In this document: positions 19,689-29,137 of the stretch, piece by piece | Layout of the letters: each line of letters begins with the position of its first letter | Numbering within the stretch: the stretch's first letter is position 1 | Assembly (NCBI GenBank): GCA_918797485.1 | Contig: CAKKNE010000005.1 | Span: 3,162,001-3,226,000, forward strand | Length of the DNA stretch: 64,000 nucleotides | From: Pelagomonas calceolata | Taxonomy: Eukaryota | Direction of reading: 5' to 3' | Translations under genes and position numbers: made by a program | Notes under the pieces: model-generated | Databases searched by the model: none | What the model saw: the letters and a program-made list of their open reading frames with translations, nothing else | What the model was told of the DNA's origin: nothing

Positions 19689-20018
19689 ATGGCGAAGAAA
19701 ACCAAGGCTAAAGCTCCAGCCAAAAAGCCGTCGGCTGCCAAAGCGAAGAAGCCGAGCGCGAGCTCCTCTGGCGCCGTCGTAGAGGTCGAGGCCTGCAAGA
19801 GCTGAGGCGCATTCAAAACCAGGGCGAACCGGCTGGCCAAAGCCTTGCCCGGCGTCACCGTCGAGGTGAACAAGGAGAAGCCCCGCAAGGGCGCCTTTGT
19901 GGTGACGGTCGGTGGCAAGACGGTGCTCGAGCTGCTCGACATGAAGCGCCCGTTTCCCGCGCTGAAGGCGCTCGACATGGAGGACGTGGCGAAGGACGTC
20001 CTGGCGGCTATGAAGTAG
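19689..20018 (+). CDS. Selenoprotein H-like (Rdx/SelWTH family), 109 aa, Sec encoded by TGA 19803-19805
   Basis: MAKKTKAK..VEVEACKS(U)GAFKTRANRL..VNKEKPRKGAFVVTV..LLDMKRPFPALKALDME; CxxU motif; downstream SECIS. Confidence 0.92.
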
Positions 20019-20032
20019 GCGCCTCGAGACGA

Positions 20033-20119
20033 CGCGCGCCGGGAGCAGCAGAGCGCCGATGACCGGCCGCCGATCAATTTTGTCGGCGGTCGCGACCCTT
20101 GCTCTTCAGTTCCCGCGCG
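20033..20119 (+). promoter_or_regulatory. SECIS element in 3' UTR
   Basis: ATGAC core (20059-20063), 11-bp helix cggccgccgat/gtcggcggtcg, apical loop CAATTTT, 3' core CGAC (20093-20096), lower helix agagc/gctct. Confidence 0.88.
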
Positions 20120-20296
20120 TAGACGCCTCTAATGTATAATTAGCGTGCGGGTCTCACCAAAGAGAGCCTGGCTTGAGGCGCTCTGAACGTCCGTCGCTGC
20201 GACGCATACTGTCGCACGGCTTGTGGAACAGCTGTTCGCACCTCCACGAAGGGTGCGAATCGCTTGCTGGCACGTGGAACGTTGACACGGCTCACT

Positions 20297-20860
20297 ATGG
20301 CTAAGCAGAGCACGCTGCTTGCTGCAGCGCTACTGCTGCCGGCAGCGCATGCCATCCGTCCCAGCCGTATCGCGCGGCGCGACGCCATCAAGGCGGCGCC
20401 GCCGGCCTTCTTGCTTGCGAGCCGACCCGCGTGGGCGCGCTACGACGACTACAAGGACGGCCCGCGCGGCCTGAAGTACGTCGTCACCGAGCCGGGCGCC
20501 GGCGCGACGCCGCAGCGCGGCCAGTCCGTGAAAGCAGAATATACGCTAACTTTGGACGGCTTCGCCGAGGACGGCGGCCGCGTCGTGGATTCTTCCAAAG
20601 GTTTTATGAAGGGACCGTTCGCGTTCTACGCCGGCACGGGCGGCGTGATCAAGGGCTGGGATTTGATGATCATGGAGATGAAGGAGGGCGAGGCCCGGAA
20701 ACTCATCATCCCGGCGGATTTGGGTTACGGGTCGAAAGGCGCCGGCGGGAAGATCCCCGGCGGGGCGACGCTCTACTTCGAGGTCAAGCTCGCGGCCCTC
20801 GGCGACGCTCCTGTATTGAACGAGAAGCAGCAGCAGTGGCTCGACGAGCACCCTATATAA
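20297..20860 (+). CDS. FKBP-type peptidyl-prolyl isomerase, probably thylakoid lumen
   Basis: VIKGWD..MKEGEARKLIIPADLGYGSKGAGGKIPGGATLYFEVKL; signal peptide plus RR..AWA Tat-like leader. Confidence 0.92.
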   Translation: MAKQSTLLAAALLLPAAHAIRPSRIARRDAIKAAPPAFLLASRPAWARYDDYKDGPRGLKYVVTEPGAGATPQRGQSVKAEYTLTLDGFAEDGGRVVDSSKGFMKGPFAFYAGTGGVIKGWDLMIMEMKEGEARKLIIPADLGYGSKGAGGKIPGGATLYFEVKLAALGDAPVLNEKQQQWLDEHPI

Positions 20861-21526
20861 CTACCAGTTATACCTAGCTAATTGGCGCTCCTTCGCGGTC
20901 ATGCCCCCTCGACTCGAATCGAGCCGCGCCGGGAAGGCTTTGGCCCCCGGTGCCAACGCAATACCGTTGCGGCACCCCTTCAGTAAATGCTGCGCCTCCT
21001 CCGCGTTTCTCTCGCAACCGAGCCCGGCATCATATAAATCCGCCAAGGCCCCCTGCGCGCCTAAATCCCCGGCCTCATAAGCCTTCTTGTACCACCGGAA
21101 GGCCTCCGCAGGGTCGGCCTTGCCGCCGACGCCCCGCAGACAGCAGCCCGCCAGGAATTTCGCGGCGTCGGTGTCGCCCATCATCGCGGCTTTTTGATAG
21201 AGTTTTCGCGCTTTTTTTGTATTTCTACTCCTCCCTTTGCCTCGTTCGTAAGCGCAGGCGAGGATCGTGACGTTTTTTGCCTTCGTCTGATCTTCGAGCG
21301 CTTTGTCGGCGACGGCGCGCTCGTCCATGATTTTATTGTCCATCACTTGCATGTGCCAGCAGCTCAAACCGCTCCTCAAATCATTTCTGAGCTTGTCCCG
21401 CTTGTTGATCTTGTACGCCGCATCTAAACGTTTTGCGGCTTCTTCTCCTAACTCTCTTGTCAACTCACTCCCTTGCCGGAAGTCGTACTGCTTGTCCAGC
21501 TCCGTTCTTCTCCCGCGGGGCGGCAT
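20861..21526 (-). CDS. Sel1-repeat protein
   Basis: KARKLYQKAAMMGD, AEAFRWYKKAYEAGD..LADLYDAGLG; start at MPPRG chosen (upstream ATG at 21676 also possible). Confidence 0.8.
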   Translation of the reverse strand: MPPRGRRTELDKQYDFRQGSELTRELGEEAAKRLDAAYKINKRDKLRNDLRSGLSCWHMQVMDNKIMDERAVADKALEDQTKAKNVTILACAYERGKGRSRNTKKARKLYQKAAMMGDTDAAKFLAGCCLRGVGGKADPAEAFRWYKKAYEAGDLGAQGALADLYDAGLGCERNAEEAQHLLKGCRNGIALAPGAKAFPARLDSSRGGMTAKERQLARYNW

Positions 21527-21859
21527 CCTTGTTCGGGGGTGTCGCGGCGATGGCGTCGAGGCTGCCCCGGTCGTCCAGGCCGTCGGTGGGCCGCGCGGGC
21601 GGCCGACAAATGCAGGCGCTCTCAGCGCTTTGGGCAGTCGTGCGGGGTGCGGTCGAGGTGCATTTCTCGTTTCCATCTGCTCGTCGCATCGGTCGGATGG
21701 ACCTTTCCTCGGTAACGGGTCGCGCGGCGTAGCCCACCCTCGGAGCTGATCACATCCAGCTGGGCAGCACGCGCACGCTGCTGAACGCGACGCACAGATT
21801 GCATTACAGGCTGCTGGAGCGGTGGACGCCGGTAATTTATATCAGGATAACTCTGCGTG

Positions 21860-22528
21860 ATGCATTTCTTGCATCTGATTGCGGTAAGCTGTGTTGGAGC
21901 CCTCACACCCCTTGCAACGCCGCGTATCATCCGCGCGACGCGTGTCAGCGCTGCAGCGGTCGAAGCCAAAGCAGATTGGAACGGCGCGTTCCCGTCCGGG
22001 GCGGCGGAGGAGTTCGACGAAGCATTGCAGTGCCTCTCGCTCGACTCCGACGACGAGTCGTGCTCGATCGCCTACCTCGAGGACGTATTTAGAAAGGTGG
22101 ACACCGAAAAAGTTCGTAGCGAGTGCGACGCCGATCAGGAGGCGAAGATCGACGAACTATGGAAGATCATCAAGATGATGTACGGCGGCGCGAGTCGCAA
22201 GGAGGCCATTATCGCGCGGAGAAAGCTCCCGGTGCCCGACACCGCCGTCGCCGACGCGTACTCCCTCTGTCTGCGATTCCTGAACCCGGCGACGTCAAAA
22301 GAGGCCGGCTGCTCGAGGGAAGCCCTGGACCGCGCGCTCGAGTTGCTCGACTGCGAGGGCGACGAATGCCTCGCGCTCAACGAGGGCCAGCTCCAGGTCC
22401 TCGACCAGCTCCACAAATGCGTCGACCGCATCGACGCGGGCGAGAGCGTCGAAGCCGCCGTCCAGAACACGTGGGACGCGCGCGAGGCCGTCGCGCGGAA
22501 GCGGCTCGCGGACTACTACACCTCGTAG
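21860..22528 (+). CDS. Hypothetical protein with signal/plastid-type leader
   Basis: MHFLHLIAVSCVGALTP leader; acidic helical body with paired Cys; GC3-biased codons. Confidence 0.65.
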   Translation: MHFLHLIAVSCVGALTPLATPRIIRATRVSAAAVEAKADWNGAFPSGAAEEFDEALQCLSLDSDDESCSIAYLEDVFRKVDTEKVRSECDADQEAKIDELWKIIKMMYGGASRKEAIIARRKLPVPDTAVADAYSLCLRFLNPATSKEAGCSREALDRALELLDCEGDECLALNEGQLQVLDQLHKCVDRIDAGESVEAAVQNTWDAREAVARKRLADYYTS

Positions 22529-22582
22529 AGATCCTCGTAGATGACGACGGGATATGTTAATAAGTTCTTTCTTTCGATTACG

Positions 22583-23755
22583 TTACGACGCGGGCGCCTC
22601 GACGACGGGTCGCGCGGCCGCAGCAAGCGCGCGGAGCCGCTCGGGCGAGGCGGTCTCGACGATGTTCTCAGCGCGCAGAGCGCGCGCCGCCGCGAGGCCC
22701 GAACCCGCCTCCGGGGAAGGCGCCGCCTCGGCCTCGCGTTGCAAACTCCGGATCGTGTCGAGGTGGTTCCCCACTGTAACAGCGTTCGCCTCCCTGACAA
22801 TGTCTGCGGTCTCCGCCGTGGCGCGCCGTCGCAAGGACGCCCGCTGCTGGGCGAAGGACGGTTGCAAAGGCGGCTCCGCGGCGACCTCGCGCAGCGCCGC
22901 CGCGGCCGCCGCCGCGCGCGCCGTCCGTACCCTCGGTGGCGTGGCCTCCTCGGCGTGCGTCATGGCGTCGTAGGCCGCTAATTCCACGAGAGAAGCGGCG
23001 GCCTCCCTTGCGGCGGCTGTGGCGGCCACTTCCCCATCAGCCAAGCGCTGCGCCTCGTTCTCCTCGTCTTCCACTTCTATCGTTAATTCGGGTTCCTCTT
23101 CATACGGTAGTTCGTAGCGGCACGTCGGGCACGTGTTCTTCGTTCGCAGCCACCGCTCCAAACAAGCTCTATGAAAATTCTTGCGGCATGTGCATTCGAG
23201 GCAGACCGCTGGCGTTTTCGCGTGCGGTTGCGTCGCCTCCGCATCTTTCCCATCTAGTCTACAAAGACAGATCGGGCACGGCTCCTCCCGATTTTGATCA
23301 TTGAGGACGACGTCCGGCAGTTTCTCGAGGAAGTTCTCCGGCACGTGTCGTTTCGGCTTCCTCCTTAGTGCTGTTACTGTTCTCAACAACCGCATGCGCT
23401 CCTCCGCGAGCGACTCGAGGTCCGCCGCCGCCGCCAATAGCTCAGTCACAGTAGTCGTCGCCTCGCGCTGCCAGATGGCCTGGTCCCGCAAGGAACGCAT
23501 CCGCGCCGACAGCCGCGTCAATCTACCAAGCGAGTGTCTGACATCGACGACGAGGCCGTCGTCCTCCTCGTCGCGTTGGCTCACGTACCGTATCTCGCCG
23601 TCTTCCAGCGGCGGCATCTCGTCGTCATCATCAGAATCCGACGAACTCTCCTGGATGAGGGGGGGCATGGGGCTCGTGGCCGCGTCCATGGTCGTGGTGT
23701 CGTCCGGGAGGGGGAAGGGGTTCTCGTCGACGGCCGCGGCGGGCGCTTCTTCCAT
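22583..23755 (-). CDS. RING-H2 E3 ubiquitin ligase
   Basis: CPICLC..CRKNFHRACLERWLRTKNTCPTCRYELP. Confidence 0.85.
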   Translation of the reverse strand: MEEAPAAAVDENPFPLPDDTTTMDAATSPMPPLIQESSSDSDDDDEMPPLEDGEIRYVSQRDEEDDGLVVDVRHSLGRLTRLSARMRSLRDQAIWQREATTTVTELLAAAADLESLAEERMRLLRTVTALRRKPKRHVPENFLEKLPDVVLNDQNREEPCPICLCRLDGKDAEATQPHAKTPAVCLECTCRKNFHRACLERWLRTKNTCPTCRYELPYEEEPELTIEVEDEENEAQRLADGEVAATAAAREAAASLVELAAYDAMTHAEEATPPRVRTARAAAAAAALREVAAEPPLQPSFAQQRASLRRRATAETADIVREANAVTVGNHLDTIRSLQREAEAAPSPEAGSGLAAARALRAENIVETASPERLRALAAAARPVVEAPAS

Positions 23756-24214
23756 TGTGGGGCTGCCTCCTCGTCTGGGGGAGTCTCTTCCAAAGCGTGC
23801 GGCGGCGGTTCGGGGCTGCCTCCCCGCGCCCGGGGCCTATTGCTCAGAGAGCAGCGCCTCCTTCAGCCCTCAGCGTTTAAGCTAGTGGGGCTACTATCAG
23901 TGCTTCACGCGTCTCCGGGCGCTGCCCGAGGACCCCTTAGAGGGCTGTTCTTACCTGTCTCGAAAAAACCTAGTATGTCTACACTTAGCCTCATGCAGCA
24001 GCTTTTGGCACCGAGCTCACTGTGACGTGCCCTACGGGGCGATAGGAATCGTCCAGAGGGGCTTCCGAGCGACGCCATCGATACGCTATCGCAGCGCGTT
24101 AAAGCTAGCTTGCAGTGAGGCGCCTGGAGGCTGCAGCGCTGCAGTCTGCCACTTGGCACACTCGCACGCGACGCCGCAGCGCACATCTGACGCCATCGAC
24201 GCGCAGCCGCGGCG

Positions 24215-24877
24215 ATGCTGCGGCCGCTGCTCCTGCTCTGCGCCTGCGCAAGCGCCAAGATCGGTACGACGAGCCGCGCTGCGCCGGTGCGACCACTGAC
24301 AAGCGACGAGCCGAAGCAGAGCTGGCGCCAGCAGTTGAATGATGCGCTGCCGCACGTGCAGGTGAGGATCGCACCTTTGACGCACTTAAAAGTGCGGAAA
24401 AATATTGAATGGCTGCGGACGCGATTGTCCATAGGAGCGGACTACTCGACGCAGCGCGGCCTCTGGAAGCTGCAGTACGCGTGGGAAGATACCTTTATCG
24501 GCGGGCGCATGGTCCTGAAAGGGACCGAGTTGCAACTCCATAAAGCCTGGGTGTTGACGCTGGGCACGGCGGCGAATCTAGCAGCGACATTACGCTTACG
24601 AGCAGCATTGGACTTGCGGAACATGCGGACTTCATGCAGATTTGGGTTTCGGACGGAGTCGCAGGGGGCCATCAACATTGTGGACGGCGTTGATTTAGTC
24701 AAGAGACTCCCGTTAGATGGCCAGGACGGCCATGCGAAATTAGAAGTCAAATTACGAGTCGCCTTCCCGCAACCGGATTTGAATGTCGAGAATTTCGGGG
24801 ACGAGGGGAACGTGTATGTGGGCATGGGCGAGCTCGAGATAGACGTCGACGAGATGAATTTATGTTTAGACTGGTAA
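24215..24877 (+). CDS. Hypothetical signal-peptide protein rich in amphipathic beta strands
   Basis: MLRPLLLLCACASA leader; alternating hydrophobic strands (RLSIGADY, WKLQYAWED, KLEVKLRV). Confidence 0.7.
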   Translation: MLRPLLLLCACASAKIGTTSRAAPVRPLTSDEPKQSWRQQLNDALPHVQVRIAPLTHLKVRKNIEWLRTRLSIGADYSTQRGLWKLQYAWEDTFIGGRMVLKGTELQLHKAWVLTLGTAANLAATLRLRAALDLRNMRTSCRFGFRTESQGAINIVDGVDLVKRLPLDGQDGHAKLEVKLRVAFPQPDLNVENFGDEGNVYVGMGELEIDVDEMNLCLDW

Positions 24878-26491
24878 CTACCATTCCGTTTCTTCATAGT
24901 CCTTGAGGAAGACGCCGTGGAGGGGCGGGTCGTGGCCCCCGAAGACCGGGTCCAGTATTCGTGAAGCGGCGTCGATCTCGTCAATAGGCGTCTGGAAGTT
25001 GTGTTTTGATGCGTGGTCCGCCGCGAGGTGGTTCGGCTTCTCGTCGTTGACCCAGCCCGTGTCGACGGACGTCATAAATACATATGACTCGGCGAGCGCC
25101 GCGGCCGACGTCTTCGTCATCATGTTCAGGGCGGCCTTGGCCATGTTCGTGTGTGGGTGCGTCGGCTGTTTTTGTCTATAAAATTTGCCCTCCATCGCCG
25201 AGACGTTTATCACAAACCGGCGTCTCTCGTCGGACGCGCCATCCTTCAACACCGGTATCAATTTGGAGTTGATGACGAAGGGCGCCAGGGCGTTGATCGC
25301 GAAGACCTCGGCTAGTTCGGGCGTCGACACGTCCTCTAGTTTTGAGGTCCACGAGTTCGCTCGTCGCAGATCGAGCTGCTCGCCGAGATCGGCGTTTGCA
25401 TCTCTAAGACCGCGCGGGAAGGCGGCGTCGTTCCTCACGTCGTCGCCGGGCGCCACGCAGAGCAACGCTCGGAGCGCAGGATCCGACGTCGTTGGCGCTT
25501 TGGCCGTCCACGTCCTCATCAGCGCGACGTCCTCCGTGACCTCAATGTCCTCCGACGCCCCTTCGAGGAGCGGCAAGGACGCGTTGCCGATGGCCTTGCG
25601 TAATTTAGCCTCCCTGGCCACGGTCTCCGCGTAGTACTGCGGCGGCCGCCGCACCGTCTGGCACGCGTTATTCACCAGGACGTCGAGGCCGCAGCCTAAG
25701 AGCTCGGGCACCGCGGCACATAACGCCTCGACGGCGCCCAGGTCCCGAAAATCGCAGCCCACGCACCTTAGTCTATCTCGCCAGTCGTCCGCGTCCGGCT
25801 CCGCCGCGAAGCGCCGCGCGCAGTCGGCCGGGAATCTAGAGGTTGCGACGACCGTCGCCCCCGCCCTCAATAACTTCAGCGCGACGCGGAACCCGATCTT
25901 GACGCGCGCGCCCGTCACCAGGGCGCCCCGGCCCCGCAGATCCGCCGTCTGCGTCCGCTTCTCGAAGTTAAGTTGAGCGCACGCGGGACAGAACGCCGCG
26001 CCGTAGAACGCGTGCGTCGCCGTCGCCGGAAAACGCGTTCGGCAGGCGTAGCAGCAGGCGAGCGACCACGCCGCGCCTCCTGCGTCGCTCTCGTCTTCGA
26101 GGGCCGGCGTCGGCACCGTCGCGGGCCCGTCGGCGATGCGCGGGGCGTCGCCCTCGGCCGCGCTGGCCGCGAGCCGCGCGAGGCGCTGCGCGCGCAGCGC
26201 GCTCCGGTCCGCCGCGGCGCGCTCGGCCGCGACGGCCTGCTGCCGGTGGCGGTTCGCCTGCCGCTTGTGGGCCTTGCGCGCGGCGTCCTTGTCTTTACCT
26301 TGCGGGCCGGCGCCGTCGTACGTGCGGCCCAGGCTCCGCGCGAGGAGCGGGCCGATCGCTTGGCGCAGCGGCCGCAGTGCGGGATTTGACTCGTACTGCT
26401 CGACCGGCAGGGCGACGGCTGCTTTAAGGACTTCGCAAGCTGCGGCTATGGCGTCGGCGTGCAGAGCGGCTGGTAGCTCTGTGGTCGTCAT
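24878..26491 (-). CDS. Short-chain dehydrogenase/reductase with N-terminal CxxC..CxxC zinc finger
   Basis: CYAC..CPAC; ALVTGARVKIG; LVNNACQT; INVSAMEG; HPHTNMAKAAL; VDTGWV. Confidence 0.9.
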   Translation of the reverse strand: MTTTELPAALHADAIAAACEVLKAAVALPVEQYESNPALRPLRQAIGPLLARSLGRTYDGAGPQGKDKDAARKAHKRQANRHRQQAVAAERAAADRSALRAQRLARLAASAAEGDAPRIADGPATVPTPALEDESDAGGAAWSLACCYACRTRFPATATHAFYGAAFCPACAQLNFEKRTQTADLRGRGALVTGARVKIGFRVALKLLRAGATVVATSRFPADCARRFAAEPDADDWRDRLRCVGCDFRDLGAVEALCAAVPELLGCGLDVLVNNACQTVRRPPQYYAETVAREAKLRKAIGNASLPLLEGASEDIEVTEDVALMRTWTAKAPTTSDPALRALLCVAPGDDVRNDAAFPRGLRDANADLGEQLDLRRANSWTSKLEDVSTPELAEVFAINALAPFVINSKLIPVLKDGASDERRRFVINVSAMEGKFYRQKQPTHPHTNMAKAALNMMTKTSAAALAESYVFMTSVDTGWVNDEKPNHLAADHASKHNFQTPIDEIDAASRILDPVFGGHDPPLHGVFLKDYEETEW

Positions 26492-27865
26492 CGGCTATGT
26501 AACGGATTAGGGTCAGCTTCTTGGGAGGACCAGTAAACCCCTATCGCCAGCTATAATCCAATCTCTGGTTCGCGCCGCGCCCGTCCTCCGGCTATGGCAT
26601 CTCTCACTGAGAGCACTTGTTGGAGAGCACTCTGCAGCGATTCTCCGGGCGCAGGGATGCGCGCAGCTGCATCTGAGGTTTGGCACAGCTCTACTGCCTC
26701 ACTGCACGTGTGTGAGGTAAAGTCTACGTGCTTTGTCGCCGCTCTGCTCGCAGGCAAGCAAGTTGTGCTCAGCCTGAACGGGTTTTATCGCGCTATAACA
26801 GGATGGCTGGGACCCGCCACGCCCCGAAAATAGGCCTTAGCGACAAGTTAACAACATATTAGCGTGGTAGAGCCGCCTCGCGGGGCGTCACGGTCCGTCG
26901 GCGGCCGCCGAACAGACACTGGCTTCGCTTCAAGGCGTTCCCACCGCCAGAGGCGGCTCCTTTGCGGAACTTTGAGCGGACCCGGGTCCTGCGAGCAAAC
27001 CTGCATCGCGTGCAGCACCGTGCCGCGACGCGCGCGGACGGCGCGTTGTCCGCGCGGCAAGGCACCGACTGAACGATCGCGCATGCACGCACTGTGGGAC
27101 CTTTCACAGCCGCGCGCTGGGCACTTCGTGCATCTTCCCCATGTTCCATGCAGTGAGGTGCTCTCCAGGCCTTGCTACGCGATTATCGCCCAAGCAAAGG
27201 CTGAAGCAAGCCCCATAACCAGACGCCAGGCAGCCCGCAGGGTCTGTTCTTGCAGCTGCCGCATTAAAACGGCATTTTGGGGCGTCACGTGATGCGCTTC
27301 ACCCTATATTTCTGATCAGGATACACCCGACCCCCGCACACGCTTTGAGCTAACTTTTTGCCGTCTTCACGGCGCCTGAGGCCGTCTGGCGACCCAGGAC
27401 CCCTGCCGGACGCGTCCAGAGAGGCCTGCTTTTAGCGCCGACGGGACGGCGGGGCCGGCTGTGGGCCTGGAGACAAACGCGCTTTGGCCTCCTGTAGAGA
27501 CGGTCTTGCACCCCGCCTGGATCTCAGACGCTGCCAGTAGGTCAACAGGTCCCCTAGCTAGCTCTCTCCCAAATTTTTAGGGCCGCGCACAGCCTACGGC
27601 GGACGATTAGGGCTTTCGCCTGGACCGTGAAAAGACGAGGATATCCCCCGCGAAGCTCCACTAGGCCATCTCCCGTGCCGGCGCCCACTCGCGCCCACTC
27701 CCCAGGCCTGACGCCAACCCGAAATTCGGCCCAACACCCATCCAACGGCGACCGCGCCACCGTCGACGCGATAGCGAAGACGGGAACCACGACCATCAAG
27801 CCATCAAACGCGCGGTGGAGCTCCCTTCTTGCTCCACCCTAATCTAAAAACAGGCTACCACGACC

Positions 27866-28921
27866 ATGGCTGTTACCGTCCTCGCACCGAGTGAGGACTC
27901 CGGACGAGTAACCCCGACTCTGAAAACGGGCAGGAGGCGATTAGCCGTGCAACCCGCACCGGGCAAGGTCGACGTCGACCAGGAGCCGCCCTCGCCCCTC
28001 AGCCACCGCGGCATCTTGGCGCGGCACGCGACCTTCGCTCCCAGATCAGAAGCGGAAAAGGCCTTCGGGAGCCCCATTCCCGTCTCGCCCGGAGCGAGGG
28101 CACCGCCCGTGGATGCGGCCTCGCCTCGACCGCAGCGCGCCAAGCCCACGAAGAACACGCCGACGCAACCACGCCGCAAGTTCTCGTTCCCCAAGATGGG
28201 CTTTTTTAGTTCGAAGACGAAGCCTCGCGATAGTACTTCGGGACAAGGTTCTCCTGGTCCTAGACGCGGCCCCTTGGCTTTGAGGCGGGCCGACGCTCTA
28301 CTCGCTCCTCGGGATCCCTCTGATCCTAGGATCACGTTAGTCTTGGACCTGGACGAGACGCTAGTACGATCTTCCTTCGACGCGGCCTTCGCGGCCGACT
28401 TCGAAGCGCCCTTCACACTGAACGGTGCTAGATGCACGGCGCGCGTCCGCAAGCGCCCCTTCGTCGACGAGTTCCTCAAAAGAGTCTCGCAAAAATATGA
28501 GCTCGTCGTGATGACAGCGGGCGTCAAGCCGTACGCGAAGCTCGTGCTGGACTTATTGGACAAGCACGGCGTGCTTAAAGCTAGATTCTATCGCGAGTCC
28601 TGCACGAAGACGGCTACTGGTTTATTAGTCAAAGACCTTGGGAGATTGAACCGCGATTTGAAGCGCACGATAGTCGTCGACAACTCGCCGAACGCCTACC
28701 TGTGGCACCCGGAGCACGCCATCGACGTGTCGGACTTTGTCGGCGACCCGCAGGACGAAGAGTTGGCCGTTCTCGCGGACTTCCTGGACATTATTCACGA
28801 CGTCGACGACGTGCGCCGCCACGTCGCGCGGTGGCGCGACGGCGGGGCCTATTCCATGCCGCGGGACGCGACGGCCGGCGCGGCCGCGCGCGCGGAGAAA
28901 GCCGCCAAAGCGAAGAAGTGA
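27866..28921 (+). CDS. CTD small phosphatase-like (NIF/FCP1 family)
   Basis: TLVLDLDETLV; RKRPFVDEFL; VKDL..L.RDLKRTIVVDNSP. Confidence 0.93.
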   Translation: MAVTVLAPSEDSGRVTPTLKTGRRRLAVQPAPGKVDVDQEPPSPLSHRGILARHATFAPRSEAEKAFGSPIPVSPGARAPPVDAASPRPQRAKPTKNTPTQPRRKFSFPKMGFFSSKTKPRDSTSGQGSPGPRRGPLALRRADALLAPRDPSDPRITLVLDLDETLVRSSFDAAFAADFEAPFTLNGARCTARVRKRPFVDEFLKRVSQKYELVVMTAGVKPYAKLVLDLLDKHGVLKARFYRESCTKTATGLLVKDLGRLNRDLKRTIVVDNSPNAYLWHPEHAIDVSDFVGDPQDEELAVLADFLDIIHDVDDVRRHVARWRDGGAYSMPRDATAGAAARAEKAAKAKK

Positions 28922-29017
28922 CCGTTATCATTACCGCCGCCCCCTCCCGTGACCGAAAAGGCGCAATGACGCCCGTCTGGAGACGCTCCGGGAGCGTCCC
29001 CAGGGGCTGAGGATGAC

Positions 29018-29137
29018 CACGTACCCGCCGACCATTCGCAATACCACAAATATAGACAAATAAGCTCGTTCTTCCGTAATTCCTTCGACGGCGTGAAGGG
29101 ATACACACAACAGCTAGTTAGGAGTCCTCACGTACCC
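29018..29137. mobile_element. Candidate introner-related insertion flanked by 9-bp direct repeats
   Basis: cacgtaccc at 29018-29026 and 29129-29137; internal tcgacggcgtgaagggatacacacaacag resembles the 3' end of the 18643-18740 element. Confidence 0.45.

Noticed and set aside
25128..25160. SDR lacking the catalytic Tyr (HTNMAK instead of YxxxK) read as a pseudogene
   Set aside because: The ORF is intact and, as I recall, HPHTNMAKAAL is the usual motif of this zinc-finger SDR subfamily.
26848..27300. Cys-rich short ORFs, faintly CXXC-zinc-finger-like (RCTKC, RCCTRC..KF..GGGNALK..C)
   Set aside because: Motif pieces lie in different frames and the spacing does not fit; at most a decayed pseudogene, which I cannot support.
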